From Monocercomonoides exilis PA203 (taxonomy: Eukaryota > Protista > Preaxostyla), in assembly GCA_001643675.2 (NCBI GenBank), contig LSRY02000019.1, positions 496,001 to 560,000 of the forward strand: a stretch of 64,000 bases of DNA, read 5' to 3'. The notes under the pieces are model-generated. The model worked only from the letters and a program-made list of their open reading frames with translations. It did no database searches and had not been told where the DNA came from. Each line of letters begins with the position of its first letter. Position 1 is the stretch's first letter. Both the position numbers and the translations under genes were made by a program. Positions 22,104 to 35,932 of this stretch are shown here, in pieces.

Positions 22104-23167
22104 TGGGTAAATTTTTTTGAAATCATAACTTTTTTCGGAGTGTGAATAATTAAGAAAGTTTTATGTATTCGAAAATAAAATATTTGTCGAAATGTTTTAT
22201 TCATTTTATTGAATCAAAAGACATTGTTTGATAAGAAAGAAAGACGGAAATGATTTTTGTTGCAGTTATTTCTTTTCTGTGTTCATTGACAAAATTCAAA
22301 ACAAAAATTTTATTCAAAAATTTTTCTTCGAATCAATATTTTTTCAAAAATAATCACTTATATGGGTGATTCTTTTTGAAAAGTCACAAATGTTTAATTT
22401 TCAAATACATCAATAATTTCATATTTTTATGAAATTTTTGTCCGCGAACACCAAACTTCACAAACATGGAATCAATATCTTGATAATGCTATTTCACACA
22501 TTCATGAGAAGATTTGTGAGTGGAAACAGAAAGTTGAGCAAAATATTTTATATTTGATTTATTTGAAAATTAAACATTTGTGACTTTTCAAAAAGAATCA
22601 CCCATATGTCATAATTTTTTTGTAAAGTTCCTTTTGTTTAATTTTCAAATAGAATAAAAATTTCATATTTCAATCAATTTTCTGTTCTCTCTCATGAAAA
22701 TTCACAAAAATGGAAAAAATAACATTGTCAAGTTATTGTTTTAATAACAGCGAAATTTGGTAAGTGGGAACAAAAATTTGATCGAAATACGAAATTTTTA
22801 TTCTATTTGAAAATTAAACGAAAAGAACTTTACAAAAAATTTAAGACATACATATCAAATAATTTTTGGAAAATTAATTTTGTTTAATTACATCTAAAAT
22901 TATTTAAGATTGGGTAATTATTTTTGATGTCATATTTTTCTTTTCGAAAATAACAGTTCTAAAATTTCCCTTTTATATCAACAAAAGAACAATGAAAAAT
23001 AAAGAGGCTTGTTGAAAAGACATCTTCATCTTTATTTGAACAATTTTATTTATTTTAAAGCAGTTGAGATAATATTTTATTTGAATAAAAAATCTTTTTC
23101 CAAAGCCAACCAACCATTGAAGAACAAATATCCCGAAAAAAGTTATGATTTCAAAAATAATCACCCA
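22104..23167. mobile_element. Cluster of four related MITEs (22104-22360, 22363-22604, 22607-22848, 22911-23167)
   Basis: Each has inverted termini (TGGGTGATT...AATCACCCA type, or TGTC...GACA). The first three are separated by single TA dinucleotides. Confidence 0.8.
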
Positions 23168-24009
23168 TCAGATCGAAAAACTTTAATTCAACATCGAAAA
23201 TAACACTAAAAACTATTCAAAATTGAAATAGTTTAGTCCAAGATGGAAATAAATTATTTGTAATCGAAAAAGAAGTCAATTTGTTCAGAATTTTTATTCA
23301 AATCAAAACCATGAAAATTGCATTGAAAAAGATGTTGATAATAACAAATGTTTATTTGTAGAATATGTTATTCTTTCATTTAAAACAACTGTTTTCAATG
23401 ATAAAGACTGATGTCAATTGATTCTTTTCTCATTTTGTAGATTGAAAATGTTTTTTTTTTTGTTTCAAATACGATAAAAAAATTGAAAAAGTTACGGTTT
23501 AAAAAATAAGATTGATTTCTGTCTTTTTGTGCATGAAACAAGATTAAGAAAGATCCTATATCGTTTTTATTTTCACAAATTCCTTATAATATCCAGAGCA
23601 CATGTGAAGAGTTTAATTATAATACAATTTTATTCAATTCACTCTGTTACACACAATCATATACCAAAAAAACATCAAAAATATTTTTTTCTGATTGAAG
23701 TTGACAAATTTCTCAGATTATTAACTGAAAGAAAAGTGACTGACATAAGCAATAATTTAAAAAATTTTCAAAATTTTTGGTGATAGAAAATTTTCGATTT
23801 CGAACAAAAGTTTTCCGATGTTGTTTAAGACTTTTTCGATGTTGAATAATTTTTGGTGTATCAAGTGAAAATGAAAATTGAAACTTTTCATTATAATTTA
23901 TTTCCAGTTTACCAATATTTGACAGTATGGAAATTATAACATTGCCTAGCATTTATTTCCATGCTTGTGATTATTTGAGAGTTGAAACGAAAATTTGATG
24001 AAAATTATC

Positions 24010-24400
24010 AATTTTCATTTTCACATGATAATTAAACAAAAGGAACTTTGCAAAAAAACTCAGACATATTCTGAAACATGTGCACATTTCAATACTGTTA
24101 AAGGGTTCCGGAGTCATTGAAGAGGGTTTTTTCCAATGCATGGAATCAGAAAAACATTTATTGAAGATTTCTTGTCCATGAAGTTTGTTAAAATGAATCA
24201 ATATCCAAGGTTTGCTGAAATTTTGCTAAAAAATAATTCATTTTGTTCCTAAAGAAAAAACCACAATTGCGGATGAAGAAACTGTTTTTCCAGAAAATGA
24301 GGATAATCCTGATGCTGATGACATTCTGCATGAGTTGCACAATACGGAAATTGAAGAAAATTCAAATGGACTTGATGACGGAGAGAATGCTTCAAATTAA
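24010..24400 (+). pseudogene. Second Merlin-like transposase C-terminal remnant
   Basis: From 24061: QTYSETCAHFNTVKGFRSH*RGFFPMHGIRKTFIEDFL, resembling the HTNTIEGFWS segment of the family. Confidence 0.5.
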
Positions 24401-24785
24401 TCTGATGAAAAAGCAGAAATCTTCAGTTGTTCAGTTTGAATGAAAATCTGTTGATTAGTGTTTTTAAACGTTTTCCGACAACTTTTTTCTCATTTCAATA
24501 CTTTATAAATTTAAAAGTGATCATTAGAAACAATTATAATCAAATTTTGAAAGTTTCGATATTCTTTTAATTTGCCAATTTTTATTCTTATATGAAAAGT
24601 TATCATAGAGTAATTAAAAAATTTTTCTGTGTTCTTTTTAAAGTGTCAACTCAAACGAAAATGTGAACAGCAACATTGTAAAGCACAATTCAAATATTCT
24701 TTACAAATAACAAAAAAAGAAAACACATAAAATTTATATTCACAGCTTAATAGAATACATGCATCCAATCCAATTTTTAAAAGGA

Positions 24786-25745
24786 TTAGTTAACTCTGTG
24801 AAGAATTTCACCTTTCTGGGCAAATGAAAGAACAACACGCAAAGCTTCTTCTCCAATTGCAGATTCTGCTTGAACTGTTGATGCACCGATGTGATGAGAA
24901 ACAAGAATTCCTGGAACTTCACCAAATGGGTGCTTAAATTCTCCTTCTTTTTCAGCTGGCTCATTTGACATGACATCAACACAAGCGCGAATTCCACGTT
25001 CTGTCACATGTTTGATCAAAGCTGGCTCATCAATAATTGTTGCACGAGAAGTGTTGATGATAACTGAACCTGGGCGCATTTTTGAGAGAAATGCATCATT
25101 AACCATTCCTTTTGTCTTTTCTCCTCCTGGAACATGGATAGTGATGAAATCGCAATTTGCTGCAATTTCATAAATATCAGATGTAACTTTTGCACCAGCC
25201 GCCTCCATGGTAGCTGCGGGGATGAACGGATCATATGCAATAATATTCATCTCAAATGCACGAGCTCGATCGCAAACAAGTTTTCCAATGTTTCCAAAGC
25301 CAATCAGACCGAGTGTGCTTCCTTTAATTCCGTGGCATTTGGCATATTTTCCTTTTGCCCACTTTCCTTCGCGGAAGAGTTGAATATTTTCGTGAAGGTA
25401 TCGATCTGATGTAAGGATAAAGCCGAAAACCAATTCTGCAACTGCTGTTGCGTTCATTCCTGGGGTATTGCAAACAGCAACATTTCTTTCCTTTGCAGCA
25501 GCTGTATCAATGGTATCGTATCCTGAACCAGCGCGCACAACCATCTTAAGTTCAGGAGCACCAGCATCAAGTTGAGGAACTTGTACCTTCGTGCTTCTCA
25601 CAACAAGGACCTCTGGCTTGTTTGCTTTCAGTCCTTCTGTTAAAAGGTCTCCCTTCATTTTTGTATCGTAAATAACCTCAATTCCAGCTGCCTTGAGCTC
25701 ATCCATTGCTTTTGCGGAAAAGGTATCAACAATAAGAACTTTCAT
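24786..25745 (-). CDS. serA: D-3-phosphoglycerate dehydrogenase-like D-2-hydroxyacid dehydrogenase (no ACT domain)
   Basis: VVRSTKV, RAGSGYDTID, NTPGMNATAVAE, GLIGFGNIG, INTSR, HIGASTVQAE. Confidence 0.88.
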   Translation of the reverse strand: MKVLIVDTFSAKAMDELKAAGIEVIYDTKMKGDLLTEGLKANKPEVLVVRSTKVQVPQLDAGAPELKMVVRAGSGYDTIDTAAAKERNVAVCNTPGMNATAVAELVFGFILTSDRYLHENIQLFREGKWAKGKYAKCHGIKGSTLGLIGFGNIGKLVCDRARAFEMNIIAYDPFIPAATMEAAGAKVTSDIYEIAANCDFITIHVPGGEKTKGMVNDAFLSKMRPGSVIINTSRATIIDEPALIKHVTERGIRACVDVMSNEPAEKEGEFKHPFGEVPGILVSHHIGASTVQAESAIGEEALRVVLSFAQKGEILHRVN

Positions 25746-25929
25746 TTGCTTTTTCTGAAAAATGAAACTGTTTCGAACAGATCGATAAACCCATTATTTA
25801 ATATAATTTATCATTTGGAACATACAAAATGATTTGTGTAATATCATTGACTAATTGTATGGAAGAGATAGATGAAAAAACAGAGAAAACTCTTTTTGAT
25901 GCCCCACTATAAAATATATTTATTTTTAA

Positions 25930-26646
25930 ATGAATGAAACAGAACTTTATTTATCGTTTCATGAAAGCAAGGAAGACATTGACTCTTTGAATCCAGCTCC
26001 ATTTAGAACACTTTCAGTTGAAGAAGGAAAGTTTCCACCAAGATTGCGGAACGTATTGAAAAAGATGATGCATGTTACAAAAAAATGGTATCCGATTCCA
26101 TTGTACATTCGTTTTGATTTAGAAAAAGTGAGATATACAAATGTGATTCCATCAAGAAAGCAAATATCTTCGCTATTCCCATTTACATTGCAGATTTTTG
26201 ATGTTTACAAGAGGAAAATAATAAAAGAAGTATCGAAACGAGTTCGCGAATATACTTCTCTTGAGATCGATCATCTAAATGACTTTGAAGCCCAGGCCAT
26301 CCGAAAACGTCTTTTAGACGATAAATCACGTCGTTCAAAATCAATGTGTCGAAAACAAATTATAAAAGAAGATAATTTGAGAAATGGTTTGGAAGAATCG
26401 ATTGATAAACTTGCTCGGATTGAACGAAAGATTGCAAAAAAGAATGCACATGAAAAACAATTACCAAGAATAGAAATACACAGGCGTAAAGAGCGCTGCA
26501 AAATTGTGCAAGATTGTTCTGAAGAAATGAAAAAATTTCAAAGTTCTTTTGAAAAAGAGTCTCAAGAAGCATCGAGTGCGGAAGGTGAAGAAGAAACGAA
26601 ACTTGAAAGTGAAGAAGAAGAAGAAGAAGAAGAAGAAGAAGAAGAA

Positions 26647-26717
<71 letters not shown>

Positions 26718-27120
26718 CGATGAAGAAATAGAAGAAAGTCTGGAAGATATAGAAACGAAAGATTATGATATCTACAAAAATGAAGTGCATATAAAAAGTT
26801 CATTGGTGATTGCCAAAAAGAGGAATAAAAATGAAGAAAAAATTTCAGATGAATCAGACAATGCAAGAGGCTCACTGGACATTGATCTTGAAAAAGAATC
26901 AGGTGAGAAGGCTTCGACCTCATCTACTTCTTCTGCATCATCATTTTCTCATCGATCTGCCGCAACTCAAATTAAAAAAAGGAGACAACAAGAGAAAATA
27001 TTTGTGGATAATCTTTCTGCCTCTTCAATGGACGATGATGAGGAATTCAATCATTTTCCGCAAAAAGATGAAAATATTAAAAAGTCTTCAGCAGAATTTG
27101 TTGAGAAAGAATTTGAATGA
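25930..27120 (+). CDS. Hypothetical protein with a poly-Glu/poly-Asp tract
   Basis: 396-aa ORF containing (GAA)n(GAT)n at about 26610-26722. Confidence 0.65.
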
Positions 27121-27888
27121 GCATTCATCGAGACAATCAAAAAACAATAATACAACAAGAACAAAGTCCATGAACAGAGCATGTTTATTGCTTCAACTTC
27201 TTATTCAATGAAGATGAACTTTTTTACCTTTGGGAATAGAATTAATTGGAGTTGACTGAGCAGTAAGAGAAATGATTGGAGAAAGAATCCTTCGACAATG
27301 CCAACATCAAATTGTTAACTTAGTTTTCGCTGTGCTTCGAAAAGTGAAGAACAAGAAGGTTAATTCGAATTAATATGAATTTTCCTTCTCTGCATATGAA
27401 TTCTTTGTCACATTAAATCAACATTTTTTTTATTTTTGCATTATTCGTGCTTTTTTCTCAGTAGCCTTTTTGCACTGGTAAAAAATGTTGTTTGTGCGCG
27501 TTCTTCATTACATCAAAATGACATTCACCTTCTCACTCTTTGTTCTGATTCCGTCTTTTTTAAATTTTCTTATTTATTAAGCATAGTTGTTCTTATTGAT
27601 TTGTAAATTAACCTTTTGAAGCTTTACTTTTTAAGGTGACAATTTTCCTTATGAGCTAATGAAAAATAAAATAAAATAAACACTTATCTTTTAAATGTGC
27701 TTTTTTTTTCGTCATTCCACAACTTTTAATATAAAAAAAATGAAGAGAAGCAAATGACTAAAAAATAAGCAATATATGCCATTTCATCTTTTCACTGCTC
27801 TAACGTCACTACACATTAAATCAAAATACCTAATGTGCAGTAAAAGCAAAGAAATCAATATGTCAAAAAAAAAAGAATAAAATAAAAC

Positions 27889-30810
27889 TTATTTCAATCC
27901 AAATCCCTCTGCATTCTGAATAGCCAACAGCAACTTCGCCTTCAGTTTTTCCTTTGTCGCATACTCTGGCAGCAGCAGCAGGTTGAAGCAAGTGTGCGAC
28001 GTCGGCAGCTGCTCAGTGTCTGGCCCGTTCCGCTGCAAAATAAGCTTCATCGTCTTCAGGCCCCCAATCGGCGCGCGCGAACACGACGTCACGAAATGCA
28101 GAAATCTTTCCCTTTCGTTTCCAGAGAACTCCCTCACAACCTCCCAGAACATCTTCACCGTCGGCGAGTCCTTCGTGAACCCGCCTTCGTAGATCGTGTT
28201 CGGCTCCAGCTCTGAGAAGTCCAGGTTGTCTGTTCCCACAACCAGCTCCTGCAGCTCCGCCGCGCCAATCCACCCGCTCAGGTTCCCCATGCACTGCGTA
28301 AACCCTTTCTGAAACGCATCAAACGCAATCTTGATAGAGTCTTCGAAAAACCACTTCAGATACAGCCGCACATACTCGTCTCGGTTCTCGTTCGTTATCT
28401 CCTTCTCTGCTCCCCCCTCACACAGCTCAATCGTCTCCACACTGCCAAACAGCTTCCGCGTCGCGCAAAACGTCATCCCGAGCGTCGAGGCGTCCTCCAT
28501 CTCGAGCATCAGTTGCAGGGAATGCGCAACCGATGGCCGGATTTCCGCGAGATCTGACAGCGTCGGCTTTTGGCCGAGCAGCTTGCGGTACACCGCCAAA
28601 GGAAAATGCACGTCGAGGATGACGTCGTTGTAGATCGCCAGCCCCATCAGCACGCCGATGAAGCGATATTCTCTCACGTCGTCACGGAAGAACGGGGCAA
28701 ACCAGTGGAACACAGACGGAATGCTGTCGGTAGACAAAGAAGAAGAAGAAGAAGATGCTGCTGCTGCTGATGATGATGAATATTTACCTATTGATTCAGA
28801 ATTTGACTTAATGTCATCACCACCACTTGGTTGCTTGTCTTTGCGAATGTTTTCTGATCCAGCAGGGTTCAGTATGCTTTTCATTTCAGCAATTTTCTCT
28901 GCTGTTTCAGACGAGACAGACGAAGAAGAAGCAACAGCCTCTTTTTCTTCTGGCTCGGACTCTTTCTCCATTCTGCTCTCTTTCTTGTCTTTCTCCTTTT
29001 TCGTCTCAGTCTCAATGCGCTGCGTAAGCGTTTCAATGAACGACTTGTCTCCCAGCGAATCTTTGCCACTAGCAGTTTTTGATTCATCTCCGCTTTCTGC
29101 CTCCATCTTTAAGCCATTCGCACCTTCAGAATCTTCCACTTGCAATTTGTTGCCTCTACTACCTCCGCTGCCTCTGCTGCTGCTGCTTGCTTTATCGTCG
29201 TCTTCATCGTCGTTGCCGTCTGGCTTTTCTGTGGTGAACATTCCGTATTCCGGGTTGAACAAGTCGCGGGTGATAACAACAAAGAACTCCTTCATCACTC
29301 CTCCTTCGTCGATCCCTTCTTCTCCTTCAAAACAGACCTTCAGAGGCTTCTTCAGCTCTGACACTTCAACATTGTCGAGCTGAATGATTCAAAAAAAAAG
29401 TGAATAATCACGTTCAATCATCAATATATTTTTACAATGAAATAAATAAATAAATAAAAAGCTCATACAGCCACCAATGCATCTTCCAGCATGTGATCTC
29501 TCCTCAAAAACAGTCTGAAGAAAGGCGATCCTCTTCCGGTGAGCAGCCTGTTGAGCATCGCAGAGCGGTACTTCTTCGCTCTCTTCTGGCGCGTCTCCAG
29601 CCGCAGCAGCTCGCCTTTCCGCTGGGCGTCAAACAGGAACGGGAAGAGGGTGAACGAGAACTGCCCGCGCAGCAGGCGGTTCACCTCCCACTCGAGCACG
29701 AGCGAATTCACAGCCACGTTGTAGAACACGTCGTCGTCCAGCGCCAAGTGCGAGGAGAAAGGCAGGTTTGACACAAACCGGTTGGCGTCCACAAACATCT
29801 GCAGGACCCCGCACACGTCGCTCATCAGAATGGCATCCACACTCTTCGCCATCACCTCAAGCGTCACATAAGACTCCAAGCTCCGAACCACTTTCAGCAC
29901 GTCCCTCTTCTTCCACCGGGCAAACCACGACCTCAGCACATTCTGTGCCGTCGGATCAATACTCATGATGCACCCAGTGACATTTTCAATGATGTTGTCT
30001 TTGAGTTCCAACACCAAACCGCGCTGAAGAAGAAGAAAAGGAATCACACGTAAGGCTTGCATTGACTTTTGCACTTCGCTTTTGACCTGATCAATATCCG
30101 CGCTCAATCGAAGAAGTGTTGATTCAAGCAACTCATCTAATTCTGAAAATTCTGAGTTTGCCCGATGAAGTGTATCATATATGTGTTTAATTAACGAAGG
30201 TGAAGGTGATACTACATATGATAAAATGTCAAATTAAAAATGATCTAGAACGATGAAAATGACACAAACAATCAAGAATAGGTTGTGGGCAATCAGTCGC
30301 ATCACGTAATGTATGAAGCTCAGGTTCCAGTGGTTTTTGCTCTTCCAAAAAGGCTGATGATAAAGAAGACACCTTACCAAATAGTTCATTTATCATGGTG
30401 GAGATTGGAGCAAATTTGTGTTCCTCACAAGAAAAATCGATTACATCCTTTTATTAGTTATTAAAATGAAAAGTAACGATGAAAAAGAAGCATGTAACAG
30501 AAATAAACCTGAAATTGACTCAATGAGTTCACTTTTTTTGCCCAATAATCCAAAGGGCAAAACTTCTGTTCATCAAGCTTAAATCACATAAAAAATAAAA
30601 CATTATGCAATAAATAACTGAAATTTATGCACATACTATATCCGATATTCTAGATTCTAATTCATCATGGTCAAATTTGGTGAATAATGAAGAACTGGCA
30701 CAATTTATGTTCTTACAATTTTCGTTTCCACATCCTTCTGTAAGCTGCCTTTCATATCGCCTTCTGCGTATTTGCTTTCGTTCTTCGTCAGTAAAACTCG
30801 ATTTCTGCAT
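27889..30810 (-). CDS. HECT E3 ubiquitin ligase with an N-terminal AZUL zinc finger (UBE3A-like), multi-exon
   Basis: QLTEGCGNENCKNINCAS (AZUL); FEGEEGIDEGG; LPTSHTCFN catalytic Cys; C-terminal EGFGL. Confidence 0.92.
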
Positions 30811-30986
30811 AAGTGTAAAATAATTTATTGATCTGAAATGTTTTAAAACATTTTTTCAATGAAGCTGAACTTTCGAGATTTTTATTCATCAAAATAAAAT
30901 TTATTGAAAAAATTTGAATATGGCATAAAAGATTATCTTGAATTGTTGATTGAAGATCATTATTCACCCATTTTTATTTAAGAAAA

Positions 30987-33900
30987 ATGGAGGCTCTTGA
31001 AAGAGCTGAATCTTCTGATACCGCAGGCCCTGGCGGCGCGCAAGAATTCTCAGTTAGAATTTGCGTAATTGAATGTAGAGATCTTAAAGCAAAGTTTGAT
31101 GAAAATTCGAAAGCAGAATTGATGCTAATAGATTAATTCGTTGTGGTTTTTCTTTAGAAACAAAAATGATATGTCGGATCCTGTTTGCTACGTCCGCGTT
31201 AATGGTCAATCGCAACACACTACCATTGAAAAGAAAACTCTTTCGCCATACTGGGATAAAATGTTCTATTTTACTGTGAAAGTTACAAAAGAGCAATTTG
31301 CTGATTGTAAAATTCAATTTCAAGTATTTAACGCCAACACAATTAAACGTAACGAACTTATTGGAGCTTTTGAATTTGATTTGGTTTGCTTTTGTTTTCT
31401 AAAGTGAATTTTTTTGAGGAATTTTTATAAAGGCGAGAGTCTATGGAGAAAAGAATCATGAGGTCTGGCGCCGTTGGGTTGGATTATATAACGCTGATTA
31501 TGATAGAGGTCTTCATGGATACCTTCGCTGCTCAATTGTTGTTCTTGGGCCGGGAGATGTTCCTGCAAATCATGAGGATGATGAAGATGATGAAGTTGTT
31601 TGCCCAATATATAATTTTTAAAATCAAATATTGTTGAATCAATTATGTACAACTTTTTGTTTGTAAATTATTTGTGTTTAACAGACGGATACAACTGATT
31701 TGCAGAAAATGGTGCTTCTTCCTCCAGAAGTTGAACGGATTGGATATGAATTGCTTGTGAGGGCATATCGAGCTGAAAATCTTCCAAAGCTTGACACTTG
31801 TTTGCATTGGCTTTTTATTATTTTTGTATTGTAATTGTAATTACTGATCATCTTTATAAAAATTGGTAATCATTCTCGAAATATTAATCTTTTGAAATAA
31901 CTTGGATTGTTGCAACTTCAAATTTAACACTAATTTTTTTCGCTGTTTATCGCAGTTGGAAAAGTTGATGGTTATATAAAGGCCTCTTTCACAGGATCAG
32001 AACAGGAAACGTCTGTTATCAAGAGTGACCTGAATCCAGTGTGGAACACTGAACTGAGGCTGCCTGTGTATGTTCCCACGATGAGTGACAGAATCGCGGT
32101 ATGAAAGAAACAGATGATTGAGGAGTCAGAAAGAAAGAAAGAAAGAAGACGAAAAGAAATTATTTGAATAATTTTAAAGGAGGGAGATACGAATAATTGA
32201 GATGTGTTTGCGTATTTGAGTGATTGAGAAATCTCTATTAATTTGACAACTTAGTTTTTAAAAAAAATTTTTTTATCGAATGAATTTATTCTTCTGCCTT
32301 TTTATTGCCATATCTGCTCATTAAATGTGTCATTCAGGTGAGAACGATGGATTGGGAACGAGCAGGCGATAATCGACCAATTGCAACAATGAACTTCAAA
32401 TGGTCATCTGTTCTTACTGATTCCTTTGGACCTGCTTGGGTGAACACGTTTGTTTCTATCATATTCATTATATCATTTACAACAAATTCATGTTAAATAT
32501 TTTTTAAATTCCAATAATATGTTTTGTATTTGACTTCCATTGTCCGCTGATAATGTTCCATATCTTCTTTTATCAACAAAATAATCACACTCATTCATTC
32601 ATACATTTATCTAATCCCAACATCCCCTTAATGTCACACTTCCTTCCCACAGCTATGGCTCTCCTCCATCCACCTTCCGCGACAAGACGCAGCTGGCGAA
32701 GTTTGTGAAGATGATCGCACGCATCGACTCCGGAAACGCCCCTGCTTATTACTACAAAGGACGTGTTCTTCTTTCTCTCATCGGCGAAAGGGCAGAGAAT
32801 CCGAGTCTGGGGAAGACAACGATAGCTCCGTGTGAAATCCCTCCTGTTCAAGGGTATGTGCTGCACTTTGACTTGTACCTTGCAACTGAAGTGCGGCAGA
32901 AGGCGACAGACAAAGTGGTGGTGAGCCTGCGGATCGGGCATTTGAAGTTCAGCAGCAAGGCACAGGAACTAAAAGGAGGCAAAGTGGAGTTCTTTGAGCA
33001 GTTCGACGAGGTGAAGTGTGTGTGGCCAAGGGATATAAGGCAGGTGCCTGACATCATTGTGGACGTGAAGGTGAAGAGCACGTTTAGCGGCGACTCCCGA
33101 ATCGGCTTTGTGCGGATGCGTGCAGAAGACGTGCTTGGCTTCGACCACAAGCCCGAGTGGCACACCATCACACCAGACACGACCAGTGCGATGTATGAAG
33201 AAGGGATAGTTTCCGGTTTTTTGCTGTTCAACATCGGGTTCGGCTGCGACACCGGGGCGAAGCTGAAGCGGGCGGTGGTGAAGAAGCCGATGGCGCTGCA
33301 GTATCAGGTGCGCGCCCACATCTATCAGGCGCGCAACCTGCCCGCCGCCGACGACTGTGGGACGTCTGACCCGTATGTGCAGATCTCCTACTGCGGTAGA
33401 GAAGCAAGGACGCGCTATGTTCCCACGACGCTGTTCCCCATCTGGTACGAGACGCTCCGGATGAACGTGGATCTGCCGCTCGACCCGCTGATTGCACCGC
33501 CACTTGTGGTGTTTGTGTACGACTACGACCAGGTCGGCTCTGATGACTTAATTGGGAGAGTGGAAGTGCCTTTCAGTGAGATGACACGCCACATCGCCCC
33601 GGAGCCCCGCTGGTATCCGCTCTACATGGGCACCACTGATGAACAAGAAGGAGAACTGCTCGCGTCGTTCCAGCTGATCCCGTCTAATCTCGCTGTAAAG
33701 GAACCCATCCCGGTTATCCGCCCTCCCTCCAAGCCGTCTATTGTTGAGTTCCGCTGCATCGGCCTGCGCGGCTTGCAGACAACAGGCACTTTTAACAGCA
33801 TCTCCAAGCCGTATCTCGAAATCGACTGTGGCAATGGAGGGCTGCTCAACCAGCTGAAGTCAGCAGCATCGGCAGCGGCGTCTGCAGCCACAGGCGGGCT

Positions 33901-35932
33901 GATCGGCTCCAAAACGAACCTGGCGCGGACAAAGGCATCAGATGCGCCCACATCCACATCGCCGAACTTCCTCGAGGTGATCCACTTCCACGTGAATCTG
34001 CCACTCAACCCGCTCTTTGCGCCCACACTCAATGCGCGTGTGTATGACTCGGGGCTGCTGAAGAAGAAGCTCATTGGCTCGTCCTCTATTCCGCTTGGCC
34101 CTTACATCCCGTGGTCGAATGAGGAGATCCCGCGGTACAACCTGCCGGAGAAGGCTGATACGGTTCCTGGCTCGTCAGATGAAATTGAGCAGAGAGAGGA
34201 AGTGATGAAGGAGGAGACAGCAGAAGAGAAAGCAGCGCGGCTGGCGCTGGAAAAGATGAAGGCGGAGAGAGAGCGGATGGACAAGATGATCCCGAAGTGC
34301 ATCACCGAAGCCAACGAAAAGAGCGGAGAAGAATACACGTTCGAGATCGATGCCGACGCAGCGCCTGGAAGCGGCGTGCGGACTTTACCAGATGTGGCTG
34401 ACACGAAGATTGGGTCATCGACCGAAGTGGCTGAGGAGCCAGAGCCGCCCAGCTACGACCACGAGCTCGAGTTCGAGCTGAAGAAGCCTCCGTTTGACGA
34501 GTTTCCGCTGTGGGTCGGGCAGAAGTACGGGCTGAGTGCGGTGTCGCGCGTGCTGTCAGACAAGACGAAGCCTGTGGGGAACCGCACAATCACGGGGAAA
34601 ATCAAAGCGAATCTGTCTGTGTTCACTGAGGATGAAGACGATATCAAAAGCTCAGCAGAAGTGCAGAAAGCACTCAGAGCACAGTACACGCCGCAGCCGT
34701 TTGTGGTGCGAGCATACATTCTGAGAGGCAGGCAGCTGGTTCCTGTGTCGTCGTCTGGGTCAGCCTCGCCGTTCATCACGATCTACAACGGCACAGCAAA
34801 GGAGAACATGATCGACGACAGAGAGAACAAGAAGGCGAAAACGCTGAAACCCGATTTCTACAAGTGCTACGAGCTGCCTGCGACAATCCCGGGCAATTCG
34901 GACCTGACGATCGAGGTGTGGGACCACAACGCTGTTGGCTCGAATGATTTGATTGGACGCACAGTGATCGACTTGGAGACAAGGCTGTTCTGCAAAGAGT
35001 GGAATGAGATGAAGCCGAAGCCGGTCGAGTGGCGGGCGCTGTGGAATCCTGGCTCGTCGTTTCCGCAGGGGAAGATTGAGCTGTGGCTGGAGATTATGAC
35101 ACCCGAAGAGGCAAGGCTGAACCCACCGAAGCCGATTGCGCCGCCGACGGTGGAGAACTGGGAGCTGCGGTGTGTTGTGTGGAACACGAAGGAGGTGGTG
35201 TTCAAGGACATCAAGTCTGGCTCGCCAATGAAGAATGCGCAGGAGCTGGAGGCGCTGACGGGGGGCGATGCGGCGCTGCAGAAGTTGCAGAAGAAGAACT
35301 TCTGCCAGGAGATGTGCTCGTGCAAGAACGACTTCCTCAACCAGGATATGAGTGATATTTATGTCTCCGGGAAGTTCGGCGCCGTGAAGGAGAGGCAGGA
35401 GACAGACGTGCACTGGCGCTCGACGAATGGAGAAGGGAACTTCAACTGGCGGTTCGTATTTCCCGTGGTGCTGCCTTGCCCCGTGCCTCGCTTGAAGATC
35501 CAAATATGGGACAAGAATGTTGTGCACGCGAATGCGTCGATTGCAGAGGCAGTGCTGCATCTGGGCGGCGTACTGAAAGTGGCGTACAAAACGAAGTGCG
35601 ACCAGTCCATCAGCAAGCAGTGGGTCACCATGACACACCCGATGTTCCCTGGGCCGCAGGGCAAAGTGGAGCTGTCGCTGGATTTCGTGTCAGATTCACA
35701 TGCCAAATCGAGTCCTGCAGGAAAGGGGAGAAACAAGCCTAACCAGGACCCCATGCTGGAGGAGCCGCAGCGGCCGGAGACGTCGTTCCCACCGTGGGCG
35801 GTGCATAAGTACGTGAAGTTCACCTTCCGTGCTTATAAGAAGAGAATACTGTTTTGGGGCTGTATAGTAATTGTTGTGATACTGGTTATTCTTATTTTAC
35901 TGCTGGTTCTTTATTTTTCGACGAAAAAATAG
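30987..35932 (+). CDS. Ferlin-family multi-C2-domain protein with a C-terminal TM anchor, multi-exon
   Basis: Repeated C2 motifs, YKGRVLLSL, QETDVHWRSTNGEGNFNWRF, GKGRNKPN and a terminal hydrophobic helix. Confidence 0.92.

Noticed and set aside
32848-35823. Antisense ORFs over ferlin (likewise over HECT, the kinase and DIRS)
   Set aside because: Expected from GC-rich codon usage; no motifs.
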